Source: Octopus sinensis (taxonomy: Eukaryota). From it: a stretch of DNA of 64,000 nt. Below are positions 41,296-53,970 of this stretch, one piece after another. The DNA lies in assembly GCF_006345805.1 (NCBI RefSeq), contig NC_043009.1, forward strand, positions 44,578,001 through 44,642,000, written 5' to 3'. The notes under the pieces were generated by a model that was not told the DNA's origin, did no database searches, and saw only the letters and a program-made list of their open reading frames with translations. The first letter of the stretch is position 1; every line of letters starts with the position of its first letter. Both the position numbers and the translations under genes were made by a program.

Positions 41296-44200
41296 AACTA
41301 GATCTCCCTCAATCAGTGTACTGGCTTAAATAAAGAACGATACAATGAACAGAATATCAAAATATCATTATCCAACAGATGGTTTCCCTAATGTTCTGGT
41401 GAAGGTGAGGAAAGTACCCATTTATAGTTGGTCCCAGTCCCCATCCACCCTGTCATAAGTTGAACACTTCTGATGATAGCTTTGTTCAATCAGAACTGAC
41501 TTTGGGTGGAGTAAACAACATGTAGGACCCATCAACTTTGGACTAAAACATTCTAAATGCCATAAATTAATGATAGATCCATGGGAAACCTAAAACAAAC
41601 TAGAATGTTGTTCATAAAAATACATATAAAATATAAAAACTCCAAATGATTTAATCTGGCATTTTACCACCACCACCACCTCCTCGCCCTCCTCCTCCTC
41701 AATCTCTCAGGGCCATTTTAGCAGCATTAAAAACTCCTAGGCAAATCAGTGCACTGGGCCTTATATGTATTTATTGACAGAAAGCCACAACATATATAGA
41801 TTAAAATTCCCCCTAGACCCGTGAGGCCACTAACTACCCAGTATACTCATGCCTGGAGATAGCACTACCACCACTACCCTATCTGCTATTACTTTTAGCA
41901 ATAAATATTTTTTAGTCTGAAATATTAAAAGGTTTCTCATTGACTGTCAACAACAATTATTTTTTTTGTTCTGAAGAAATTTAATTTATTAATTAATTAA
42001 ATAATATCAAAGATAAGTCAAAGTAAATTCAGTATAACAAAGGATGTTGTTCATCTTAATTCTTTTGAAACCAACCCACCTAAGGCTATCACCTCTGGCT
42101 TCATAGTACAATACACTAATCTTCAAAGGATTCATATAAGAATTAAAAAAGTTTTCTGTTATAATTTTATGTAAGAATTTTAATTTTAGTTTCATTACAA
42201 ATACCAACTTAATAATTGTTTCTGATAAAGACACAGGACCTGAAATTTATGGGAGAGAGGGCTAGATGATCATCCTCCCTCCCACCCAGTATTTTGACTG
42301 GTACTTTATTTTATTTACCGTGGGAGGACAATAGCCATAAATGACATTCACAACATTTGAACTCGAACATAAAATGCCATAACTAAATACTGCAAAGTAT
42401 TCTGTCCAATGCCCAAACAATTCTGCCAACCAATCACCCTGATATAAAAGTAAATGATATTTAGTCTGATGATCTACTGACATGATGGCAATGTTTAATA
42501 GTTCATTAAGCATTTAATTATTTTGAAAATTAAATTAAGCCATGGATGGTATATGTTGTGAGAAGTATGGCCACAAAAGGTTTAAACAAAATATGACATT
42601 GTAATTTCTTTTCTGTCATATTGTTGCTTTGTCCCAGGTGAGGTTTGATCAAGCAGACCTATGAACTATCAAAGACATTCCAGTTGTGACCATCTCATCT
42701 TGTTTATATATCCAAGACTACACTGTCCAATGAAGGGTCCTTCATTTATTATATTTTTTAAGATGGTAAGGTGTGGTCTGAAAGATATATGGCTCCCTAG
42801 ATTGGTAGTTAGCTCCAAGTTAGCCCAGATTGAACAGACCATGATAAAAGACATTCCAGTCCTTGTTTATTTATGTTTGTTGGCTAACATAAAATATCTG
42901 GGATTACATTATCCAGTGAGTGAGAGCATCTATGTGGTGACTCAATCTGCTTGACATAACAGCTAAATATCTCTCACCTCTCATCCTGCCATGATTTTCT
43001 TGTAGATGTTAATACATAGATGTTTAAACTGGGGATTAACCTTATTGATGTCCCCAGTTCAGGAGGACTGACATTTAAAGATGCAACCCTTTCTCTCTAG
43101 ACTCACCAATAGAAAAATTACTTTCTAAGACATTAAAAGACATTTGATTTTAGTTGCCTTTCTTTTATATCTTTGTTTAACTGTAGAAAAAAAAGGAATG
43201 TTCTTAGCTTTTGAAGAACTTTATAGACTGAAATAAAACTGAGTGTGTTTGTTGCAACTATGTAAAAATTAAATTTTTGGTTTGGGCAAGGTGAGAGAGA
43301 GTTCCAGAGAAGTTCAAGATAGAAGAGTGTGGAATTAAGTAAAAATGTTGGCATGAAAGATAGTCAAGAAGATGTCAGACACAGTGATATAAATTTATTC
43401 TTTGGTGGCATTGCGCTAGACCTTGCTCTAATTGCTGAGTCGCTATCAGAACTGGAGGAGAAGTTTCAGGTGTGGAAACAAGGATTAGAATCGAAGGGCC
43501 TCAGAGTCAATCTAGCTAAAACCAAAGTCGTAATCAGTAGGAAGGTAGACAAATCACAAACGCCTTCAGGTAGATGGCCCTGCTCGATCTGTAGAAAAGG
43601 TGTAGGTAGAAACTCTATAAGATGCACCAAGTGTAAGCTATGGACACATAAGAGGTGCAGCAATGTCAAAGGAAGGCTAACTAGGAAGATGGTTTTGTAT
43701 GTGGCAGATGCTCAGGAACAATAAACACTGAAAATGCTCTGAGACCAACTTCCGTCACTTTCCAGGGAGAAAAACTAGAAATAGTTGATAGTTTCCGTTA
43801 CCTAGGTGACCAAGTCAGCAGCGGGGGCGGGTGTGCTGAAAGTGTAACTGCTAGAGTAAGAATAGCTTGGGCAAAGTTCAGAGAGCTCTTACCTCTGCTG
43901 GTGACAAAAGGCCTCTCGCACAGAGTGAAAGGCAGACTGTATGATGCGTGTGTACGAACAGCCATGCTACATGGCAGTGAAACATGGGCCATGACTGCTG
44001 AGGATATGCGTAAGCTCGCAAGAAATGAAGCCAGTATGCTCCGATGGATGTGTAATGTCAGTACTCATACTCGGCAGAGTGTAAGTACTTTGAGAGAAAA
44101 GCTGGACCTAAGAAGCATCAGTTGTGGTGTGCAAGAGAGATGTTTGCGCTGGTATGGTCATGTGGCAAGAATGGATGAAGATAGTTGTGTGAAAAAGTGC

Positions 44201-45745
44201 CACACCCTAGCGGTTGAGGGAACCTGCGGAAGAGGCAGACCCAGGAAAACCTGGGATGAGGTGGTGAAGCACGACCTTCGAACTTTAGGTCTCACTGAGG
44301 AAATGACTAGAGACCGAGACCTCTGGAAGTGTGCTGTGCGCGAGAAGACCTGGCAGAACAAGTGAGTCCATAACCCGTGGCCTTCTACATGGGATGGAGC
44401 CAGCCTACGTATGCATACCTTCCCTTCTTGGGACACAAAACTCTACTTGTGAAGACCTGTTGAGGCAAGTGAGGATCAGAATCGAAATCGATCAATGGAA
44501 ATTGCAGATGTGTTACCAGTGCCGGTGGCATGTAAGAGAACCTTCCGTTTCGCGACCGTTACCAGCGCCGTCCCGACTGGCCTCGTGCCGGTGGCACGTA
44601 AAAAGCACCATCCATTTGTGTCCGTTGCCAGCCTCGCCTGGCCCCCGTGCCGGTGGCACATAAAAAGCACCATCCGTTCGTGGCCGTTTGCCAGCTCTGT
44701 CTGGCACCTGTGCAGGTGGCACGTAAAAAGCACCCACTACACTCACGGAGTGGTTGGCGTTAGGAAGGGCATCCAGCCGTAGAAACACTGCTAGATTTGA
44801 CTGGGCCTGATGAAGCCTTCTGGCTTCACAGACCCCAGTTGAACCGTCCAACCCATGCTAGCATGGAAAACGGACGCTAAACGATGATGATGATGATGAT
44901 TATTATCATTAGCGATTGACAAATGATCAAAATAAAATATTTTAAAATTTTTTCCAAGAATTATAAGGCAATGTCCCAGAATGACCATAGCTGTGATGAC
45001 TTAACTGACAAAATGAACAAAGATTACATAATAATTTTGCTATTTACTTACTGCAAAATGTTTTTTTTTCTTTTTGATCTTTTTATTTTTCATTCCTGAC
45101 AATTTGGGATATTCTTTGAAAAATAAAAGATTAAAATCATGGCAAAAATATTTCCAAACTATTTATTTTTAATTTTTTGCAATTCTGAAGAAGAAAATTA
45201 TTTTGCATGGATTGTGGTTATATTGCAACAGGCAAAGACAAAATAAAAAAAAAAACTGTCCAAGAAAAAAAATCTGTCCTCATTAGCTTCAAAACATACT
45301 GAAAAATTATTTTAAAAATCAACTGCTTTTTCATTATCAGTTTTTTTCTAAATAAATTAAAATATTAATCTTACAATGCTTTTGTTTTAAATATTTATTT
45401 TTAAAATATTCTCATGTCTTCAACGTTTTGTTTCTTACTTTCACTAAATAAATGGTAAATCAAGGACTTTTAGCTGCCATAAGTCACAATCAAAACCTTG
45501 TTCCATCTATGACACCACCACACTCACGTTCACTCATATCTCAACACTGATGAAATGTTGGTATTTAGAAAATGTGCTGAAAATTATGAACGAAATTTGA
45601 GCTTTATGCATGTGTTTTTTGTTTTATTTTTCCAGTTTCACTGGTTTCCTCATATTGTAGGAGAGAGAGAGAGGAGAAATGTTATTAACATACTGATATT
45701 TGAACTCTAAAAAAAACAAAAAAACGAACAAGTCTAACTCCAGTA
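41294..45745 (+). repeat. Segmental duplication copy B (~2.97 kb plus a 1.48 kb RTE insertion), right flank of the satellite
   Basis: Collinear with 28183-31209 apart from the LINE at 43419-44900. Confidence 0.95.
43419..44900 (+). mobile_element. 5'-truncated RTE-clade LINE: RT C-terminal half with PHD-like Cys/His insert, 3' UTR and (GAT)n tail
   Basis: Starts within the YADD motif (D-LALIAESLSELEEKFQVWKQGLESKGLRVNLAKTKV). Includes CSICRKGVGRNSIRCTKCKLWTHKRC, then after a frameshift near 43695 FRYLGDQ...MLHGSETW...GRGRPRKTWDEVVKHDL, with a stop at 44365. Absent from copy A at 30346/30347. Confidence 0.95.
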
Positions 45746-46361
45746 AGACCTGATCTTTCACGAAGCAGTTTTAAATAAACACTGTAAGTCATATAGCCAT
45801 GTATTTTACTATATATCTGTCATCTCACCATCCTTTGTGTGATAAAACATATGTCATCTATTTAAATGTCAGTATATTACACAGGCTGTGTGGTAAGAAG
45901 CTTGCTTCCAAACTGCATGATACTAGGTTCAGTCCCACTGCATGATACCCTGGGCAAGTGTTTTCTACTACAGTCTTGGACCAACCAAAGCTGTGTGAGT
46001 AGATTTTGCACAATGAAATTGAAAGGAGTCCATTGTATGTGTGTGTGTGTTATTGTCTCTTTATGTTCACATTGCTAAGTAGTTGTAAATGAGTATCACC
46101 TTCATGCAGGTGGTGTCTTTTGTTTCCAGTCTTTCACTAAAACATGTCTGGTCATGGAGAAGTACTACTTTGCCTGGAAAAAGGGTTGGTGAGAGGAAGA
46201 GCATCTGGCCGTAGGAAATCTGACGTTAAACCAATAATGATGATGATAATGATGATGATGAGGAGGAAGAGGAGAAGATAAGTGCTATTGAGTAATTATA
46301 AGCTGTTGTCAAGCAAAGCTTGCAATGAAGGTTCAATTCACAACTGAGCTATTTACTCCTA

Positions 46362-46583
46362 CCCTTTTGTTACTGTATTTATTTTGAGATGCTCTGTGTT
46401 TCTTTCAATTAATTTTAAATATAACAAAGAATTTAGTAAAATAACTTAGTTATCATTAAGCTAGTGTTAGGAACATAAATTGTGACTAAGGTTTGGTGGA
46501 AGATTTTAATTCAAAACTTATGAAAACGAGACATTTGTACTACAGAGCCAGAGCCGGTTTTGGCCGGGTTGGTAACGAAAGGG
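46362..46583. mobile_element. piggyBac-like MITE
   Basis: Imperfect terminal inverted repeats 'cccttttgttac'/'gtaacgaaaggg' with TTAA at the right flank (46584-46587); the left flank is degenerate. Related ends at ~55905, ~55970, ~56733 and ~56862. Confidence 0.55.
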
Positions 46584-46959
46584 TTAACTCTTTCAGTTCT
46601 GAATTCACAAAATCACTTTTTTAAACATAAAATACTTTTTAAAGTTGCTTTTATATGAAACTCATGAACCCGGAACCATGTCCTACACCTATAAATGATG
46701 ATGATGGTTTAGTAGAAAAAAAAAACTTAGTACCAAGTTAACCAAGTAATACACAGTGAGATGGAATCAAGAGCCGTCTTGTTGCAACAGGAAACCTCCT
46801 AAGCACACATCCATGCCTGTGTCCACTCAAAACACCCAACAGTTTATCTCAAAGGACTAAACATGTTTACATGTCCCTAACAAATTACATCTTATGCTGT
46901 ATAGGAAAAGGTAAAGTTTTATCAGAATTATGTTTGACTTCAGAGAAACCTATATATAT

Positions 46960-47403
46960 ATCATCATCGTTTAGCATCCACTTTCCATGCTAGCATGGGT
47001 TGGACGGTTCAAATGGGGTCTGGGAAGCCAGAAGGCTGCACCAGGTCCCAGTCTGATCTGGCAATGTTTCTACGGCTGGATGCTCTTCCTAACGCCAACC
47101 ACTCCGTGAGTGTAGTGGGTGCTTTTTACGTGCCACCGGCACAGGTGCCAGACAAGGCTGGCAAACGGCCACAATCGGATGGTGCTTTTTACGTGCCACT
47201 GGCACGGGGGCCAGGCGAGGCTGGCAATGGCCACAATTGGATGGTGCTTTTTGTGTGCCACCGGCACGAGGCCAGATGGGGCGGCGCTGGCAACGGCCAC
47301 ATTCGGATGGTTCTCTTATATGCCACCGGCACTGGTATCACAGCTGCAATTTCCATTGATGTTGATCGATTTCGATTTTGATTTTCACTTGCCTCAACAG
47401 GTC
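46960..47403 (-). mobile_element. RTE LINE 3' UTR fragment inserted in (TA)n
   Basis: Reverse complement of the 44455-44900 3' UTR, including the 'ccggtggcacgtaaaaagcacc' sub-repeats and tail. Confidence 0.9.
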
Positions 47404-47801
47404 AATATATATATATATACAATATATATATTGTAATATCTCAGCAGAATTAGTTATAGCAGTAACATGTAGTAACTCTGTAAAGTGGTTGACATTAATA
47501 AGCAAAATATTGGAGCTCAACATGGTCATCTGGCTCATCAGATACTGGCACTTCATTTGTTTTGACAGGTGTTGCAGTTGATCTGATCAACGGAACAGCC
47601 TACCTGTGAAATTAATCTGGAAGTAACTGAGTACTCCACAGACGTGCATACCTTTAACATATTTCTCAGGGACATTCAGCATGGCACACAATGTAAGCCT
47701 AGTACTTTTTCTATTGGTCTCTTTTTTTTGCCGAACCACTAAGTTACGGGAATGTAAACACACCAGCATCAGTTGTCGAGCGATTGGGGGGGGGGACAAA
47801 T

Positions 47802-47834
<33 letters not shown>

Positions 47835-48545
47835 TATAATCAACAGGCTTCTTTCAGTTTCCGTCTACCAATCCACTCACAAGGCTTTGGTCGGCCCGAG
47901 GCTATAGTAGAAGACACTGAACCCGGAACCATGTGGTTGGTAAGCAAACTACTTACAACACAGCCACTCCTGCGCCTCTGTTGAGAATATGGATAATATT
48001 ACAGGAACCAGTGTATGTATTGGTTTCAAGTTTTGGCACAATGCCAGCAATTTCTGGGAGGGGGATAAATTAAATACATTAACCCCAGTGCTCAACTGGT
48101 ATTTGTTTTATTGACCCTGGAAAGATGAAAGGTTAAAGTTGCCCTTAGCGGAATCTGAACCAGCATATGCATTGCCATTTGTAAGTTGTGAAGTGGCTTA
48201 AGTTTCGATGAGATTCATTCCAGTATTCTTTTAACTGCTTCATGGAGCAGATAATGAAATTCTCTCAGACTTTTCCATAACAGGGAAGAATATCCTGATT
48301 TAATTACAAAGAATAAGTGAAATGAGAAAGGTACTTACATTTTCATGGATAGCTCACTCTTGCAGTAGTGGTGTTGATGTCAATATTGGTGGTAATTTGT
48401 TATTGCTGTCAGCCATGAGAGTATAAATGAAATTCCATTGTAGGGGGAAATATTCTTTTAAAACTGGTATGAATGGTACTAAGCTGATGAGTACAAGGTG
48501 TTTTTCTTATTTGTAAAAGAAGGAAAAACTGTTTGCTGATGTTAC

Positions 48546-48583
<38 letters not shown>

Positions 48584-48589
48584 CAACCT

Positions 48590-49370
48590 GGGCCACAGCA
48601 ACAAAGTCCACCTGCCACACTTGATAGTCCATCACTGCCTCAAGGTCCCGGATACATTCCAGGACAGTGTCTGCAATCAAGTTGTCGATGCAAGTGCGAC
48701 AAAGTTTTCCTCTTCTTACATCACCATGAAGTGGGTTCCATAAGACTGATTTGGATGCCAGGAGTTCAAAGTGGCACACACAGTGACCAGATAGTCACAG
48801 CTGTCTTTGCCTGATCTTCTTGCTAACTTTCAAGCAGTTCTCCATAAAGGCACTTGTTTGTCATATGTTGTTGCCATTTCATATTTAGGGCTCTTGTAGC
48901 ATCCTTATGTAGCAGCCATCTAACCTGTTTGATAATTTCTTTGTCAGTATCCATGTATCACTGCCATATAATAGCATTGATATGACAGTTGCAATGAACA
49001 AATTTGCCTGATCTTGCTGTTATAGGCTTTTTTTAGTTCAGCATGGTTGCAGGGATAACATAAAGGCACTTGTTTGTCATATGTTGTTGCCATTTCGTAT
49101 TTAGGGCTCTTGTAGCATCCTTGTGTAGCAGCCATCTAACCTGTTTGATAATTTCTTAGTCAGTATCCATGTATCACTGCCATATAATAGCATTGATATG
49201 ACAGTTGCAATGAACAAATTTGCCTGATCTTGCTGTTATAGGCTTTTTTTAGTTCAGCATGGTTGCAGGGATAACATTCAATAACACATTTTAAATGATT
49301 TTCTGCACCCAGAACATCTTGCTGGTGATCATGCTTGATGAGAGTGGGATGAAGATCAACTCCTCTCATG
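48590..49370 (-). mobile_element. Degenerate RTE-type LINE of a different subfamily, with an internal 216-bp tandem duplication
   Basis: Minus-strand pieces ...ATVISMLLYGSDTWILTKKLSNRLDGCYIRML... and LASKSVLWNPLHGDVRRGK. 'cataaaggcacttgtttg' occurs at 48843 and 49059. Confidence 0.7.
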
Positions 49371-50879
49371 ATAAAATTTAAGAAAACAAAATTGCAAGAA
49401 AAGCCATGAAAAACATGAAAACTGGTATTGGAATATCAATACTTGCTAGTATACTGCTGTTGTTATCCTGGCGAAACAACCAGGAAATATTTGCAAAGTA
49501 TGTTACTCTTTACTCTTTTACTTGTTTCAGTCATTAGACTGTGGCCATGCTGGAGCACCGCCTTTAGTCGAGCAAATCGCCCCCAGGACTTATTCTTTGT
49601 AAGCCTAGTACTTATTCTATCGGTCTCTTTTGCCGAACTGCTAAGTGATGGGGACGTAAACACACTGCCATCGGTTGTCAAGTAATGTTGGGGGGACACA
49701 GACACACAAGCATATACACACACACATACATATATATACATATATACGACGGGCTTCTTTCAGTTTCCGTCTACCAAATCCACTCACAAGGCTTTGGTCA
49801 GCCCAAGGCTATAGTAGAAGACACTTGCCCAAGGTGCCATGCAGTGGGACTGAACCCAGAACCATGTGGTTGGTAAGCAAGCTACTTACCACACAGCCAC
49901 TCCTATGCCTATGTTGCAAAGAAATAATTCATCATAAGCATCCCTATTGGGTAACAATTCTAGAAGAAAACACAACACATTTACACCACAGAATAGGGTA
50001 GTTAGATGCCATTATAAAGTATAAAGTTGGTGGTAAGTTCACAACACACAAGAACACCTCTGAGAAAGCTAACAAAAATGTACAGAGATAGTATTCCAAG
50101 TGTTGAGGTAAATTTAATAATCTTGAAACACCAACTCAAGGCTCAGAATAAAACATTCTGCCACTGCAAAAAAATATTACAGCAAACTAGGATACAAGTT
50201 TGCTTTTAACTTACAAACTGTATGCAAAGACACTAGGGAGGAAAATATTGCAAGAAGAGTCCCTTCCCAGGGAGATCTAAAACCATTCTGGTTAAATGAA
50301 AGACTCTAAACTGTAAAATGGGTAGACATATCAATATCAACAGTAAAACATACAATTGATGTCAAAACTTTACTCAATGCTGTGGGAAAGCTAAATAATG
50401 GGAATACATCAGGAAGAGACTCCATAAGTCAGCTACAGTTATAAGGCACTGACATTTTATAGATAGTCATTTTATACATGTTTCAATAAACTATGGAAGA
50501 CCAGAGAGACATACTGAACTGGTTTGCCATAACACAAGCAAACTTTGTGGCCAAGAACAAAAACATTGCTTTGACAGAGAATAACATAAAACAAAAGTGC
50601 ATTTTGCACTAAAAAGCCAATATGAGAGTTGCTCTCATGGTAACTGTTTCTATTGCTTATATATATATAAGTTAATTGGCTAATTATATATATACATATA
50701 TATAAGTTAACTGGCTAATTACAGCTGTCTTTAGCAGTTGAGTGTCCATCATTTACAAGACCAAACAAGGTTGAAGTCACATAATCTGGTGGTCTTGGCA
50801 CTGGAGTTAGCAAGGATTTATCTCCCCACTTGAGATATAAACAGGAGTGCATTTGGCACCAAAAATGCCATTATATGAG

Positions 50880-51165
50880 TTGCTCTCATGTTAACTTCCA
50901 CAATAAAGTGTGTTCTAATAGAACATCCACATTTAAGTGGGGATAAATGTTCATGGAACATTCCCATCAATATTTCTTCCAAGTACATACATAACGGACA
51001 TGTGGAGTAAAAAAGAAAAGTCACTTACAGTTATAGAGTTTAGTTGCCCTGCAGGCGTGAACATCTCTTCCAAAGTCAGAGTAAAAGAGAATATCCGTAG
51101 AAAATTCTTTGAAACCTGCAGCTCCTTTAACTGGATTATAAATTTATAAATCCTAGAGAATATAA
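50880..51165 (+). mobile_element. Degenerate restriction-like-endonuclease domain of an R4/Dong/NeSL-type non-LTR retrotransposon
   Basis: Across frameshifts: WNIPINISSKYIHN, LTVIEFSCPAGVNISSKVRVKENI and NLQLL*LDYKF, resembling the WWxxxIxT..HNRPD..VIExSCPxDxN motif. Weaker LINE-like remnants extend back to ~50030. Confidence 0.55.
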
Positions 51166-51585
51166 GATTTTCATGTAGAGACTGGCTAACATGAACTTTA
51201 CACACACAATCTGCAAGTGAAACTGTAAAAATATGCAAGACTTTCCTAAAGTTCAATATGTTATAATAGTCATTCTTATCCAAACTCCAATTATTGATCT
51301 TTTGTACCTTTGTTAGAAACCTATTCCTTTTAGAAAGAATGGTAATAAGTCAAAAGACATACAGACAAAAAGAAAAGAAAACAAACAAATAAAGAAAACA
51401 AAACTCAAGTTACATTTTGGAAGATTTTTATATATAATTTAAAAATATAGATAACAACAAGTGAAGAATTTGTAATATTTAACAACTAAAGAATGGATAT
51501 GAGAAGAAAATGGCCAAGGGAAATGGGACATCTGAAATGGAATATTTATGTTTGTCTGTGTTTATATATGTATATGACAATTATT

Positions 51586-51775
51586 CGGTAGCCATGATAA
51601 AACTCCGAGTTTCGGATGCCGCCATCTCTTCAGTTATCCGGATAACTGAAGAGATGGCGGCGTGGATTTCCACCTTGGTATCCAAGGCATTTTTCCGATG
51701 GCCAGATAACTGAAGAGATGGCGGCATGGATTTCCACCTCGGGATCCGAAACTTGGAGTTTTATCATGGCTACCG
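51586..51775. ncRNA. Candidate type I hammerhead ribozyme(s) in a 190-bp tandem/inverted repeat element (Penelope-like terminal-repeat architecture)
   Basis: 32-bp terminal inverted repeats (51586-51617, 51744-51775). Plus strand: stem I 5' 51699-51709, CTGAAGA 51710-51716, GAAA 51748-51751, stem III ACT/AGT, GTT triplet 51758-51760, stem I 3' 51761-51772. A second compact copy lies on the minus strand. Confidence 0.6.
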
Positions 51776-51777
51776 TG

Positions 51778-51813
<36 letters not shown>

Positions 51814-52805
51814 TGAGTGAGTGTGTGCATTTGTGGTTGAGTATATGTAGAAATTGGAATTCAGGATGAAGTAAGTAAAAGAGAGGGCTTTCTCTCCAGG
51901 AGTATTGTTTTCAGTATTGTTCAATGTGAGAACAAATTGTAAGAAGGAAGATTCAGCAAAATTGGGAGAAATTATCTTTGAAAAGACTCATTTTTATATT
52001 TGAAGATTTGTCTGACAGTTTGTGTTTTAGATTTTCGTTGTTCAATGAATCCCAGTATTTGAAAATTAGCTCTATTCCATAAGTAAAAGTGAGAAACTTT
52101 TCTCCAGGTGCTCTAGAACGAGGTTTTGTTTCAACAACAGCAGCACCACTATCTGTTCTTCTTGGAGAGCATCAGTCAACAGAATTCAAACTGTGTTTGG
52201 GACTTTGAGGAGGAGACCTGCTGACATAAGTCTCCATCATTTACTTAGATCTCTGAGACTATTTGAGAATTAAGTAGTATATTTGCTGTTATAGACTTGA
52301 CAGAATTGGTAGAGATGCAAATATTAGGAGGTTAAATGAAGATGTGTTGTGTGAGATATTGATGTAGGATGAGATGTAAGTGGGGTTGAGGTAATTCTCC
52401 AAGAATCCAGCCATATTGTAATGTGTTGGGGAAACTATGGAAAAGATATGTCAGTACAGTTTCTAGTCGGGTTAGAAAATGATAAATACAAAGGATGACT
52501 TTGGAAGGGTTAGAAATTGAAAGAAATGGAAGGCTTCGTTGTAACCAACTAATGCAGATAGGTGGCATGATACACAAACTGTATCTAACCACCTTCTTTA
52601 TCTTTTGTGAAGAACCTGTACTAGAGGGCATATTATGAATGTCAGAGAGGAGGAGGAAATTGAGGGCAGAGATGCTAGGTTTGTGATTAAGAAGGAATGA
52701 ATTAATGTTAAGGTAAAAGAGTAGGGATCACATGCTTTGGCTTGGATAAGGTGAAAGGGTTAAAATGTAGCACAGTAGAAATCAATTTTACACCTTATCA
52801 TTACA

Positions 52806-53157
52806 GATGAACAGACACATAGAAGACCTCCTTTGATCATGAAAGACCATGGGATTGCACCTAGGAAGTTACCCTCCGAGGCACAAGTTTGAGCAAAGTT
52901 GCTTGGGGAAGGCCAGCAGTTTCCCATGCATTCCAACCTCCCCTCTCCACACCACCAGTGTTATCCAAGGGAAAGGCAAAGACCTATACAGCTTGGCACC
53001 AGTGACATTGTAACTTATTTCTATAGCTGAGGGAACTGGAACAATGTGAAATAAAGAGTCTTGCTCAAGAACACAGCTCACAGCCTGTTCCGGGAATCAA
53101 ACTCACTACCTTATGATTGTCAGTCCGATGCTCTAACCACTGAGCCATCTGCCTTCA
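52806..53157 (-). mobile_element. tRNA-derived SINE
   Basis: Minus-strand head 'gtgaaggcagatggctcagtggttagagcatcgg...gagtttgattcccgg'. A related copy lies at ~25130-25460 (-). Confidence 0.75.
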
Positions 53158-53722
53158 CAACAAAACATACACATAACCTAGTAGATATGTGTGTGTATAT
53201 GGGTTTATAATTTTCATTATCATTATCACCAACACCATCATCTTTCAACTACATCTAGGATGGATGAATGGGTCCCCACTACGTTCAACAATGAGAAAAT
53301 TCAGTTGTTCAATCAACTGAACTACCTGTTCATTGGATAAGTGTGTAAGTGGCAGAGTATTCCACAGAAACATATAGCCTTATCTTAATTCTTTGGCAGT
53401 ATTGATGCAACACAAAATATGACAGCTGTACCTTTTGAATTACAGGTATCCAATGAGCTTCAATGCAGTTTCATTCATAACATATGGGTGAAACCAAGGT
53501 TTTCGAAAATGACATTTACTCAAAATTGCCATGCAGTGGAATTGAACCTGGGACCTCATGGTTGTGTAGCAAACTTCATAACCATTTGACCACACTTCAC
53601 TACAACTAGCACTAGTGTCATTATTGAAAGTATTTACAAATTATTCACAAATACATACACAACCAACAAAGACATATGCATACAAATAAATATCTATATT
53701 TATGCATGTATATTTACACAAT

Positions 53723-53970
53723 GTGGAGGTGCATGGCTTAGTGGTTAGGGTGTCAACATCATGATCGTAAGATTGTGGTTTCGATTCCTGGACTGGGCGA
53801 CACGTGTTCTTGAGCAAAACACTTCATTTCACGTTGCTCCAGTCCACTCAGCTGACAAAAATGAGTAACGCTGCAATGGACTGGCATCCCATCCAGCTGG
53901 GGAACACATACATACGCCATTGAAACCGGGCCCATGAGCCTGGCTAGGCTTTAAAGGGTGCATTTATTAT
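53723..53970 (+). mobile_element. tRNA-derived SINE with 14-bp TSD
   Basis: TSD 'tatatttacacaat' at 53709-53722 and 53971-53984. Same family as 11981-12232. Confidence 0.9.

Noticed and set aside
43329-43418. N-terminal extension MELSKNVGMKDSQEDVRHSDINLFFGGIAL on the LINE ORF
   Set aside because: Host flank sequence also present in copy A; a chance in-frame fusion with a non-ATG start.
51900-52760. Purine-skewed stretch and 99 aa minus ORF suggesting a decayed LINE
   Set aside because: No recognisable RT or endonuclease motif by eye; would need a translated repeat search.
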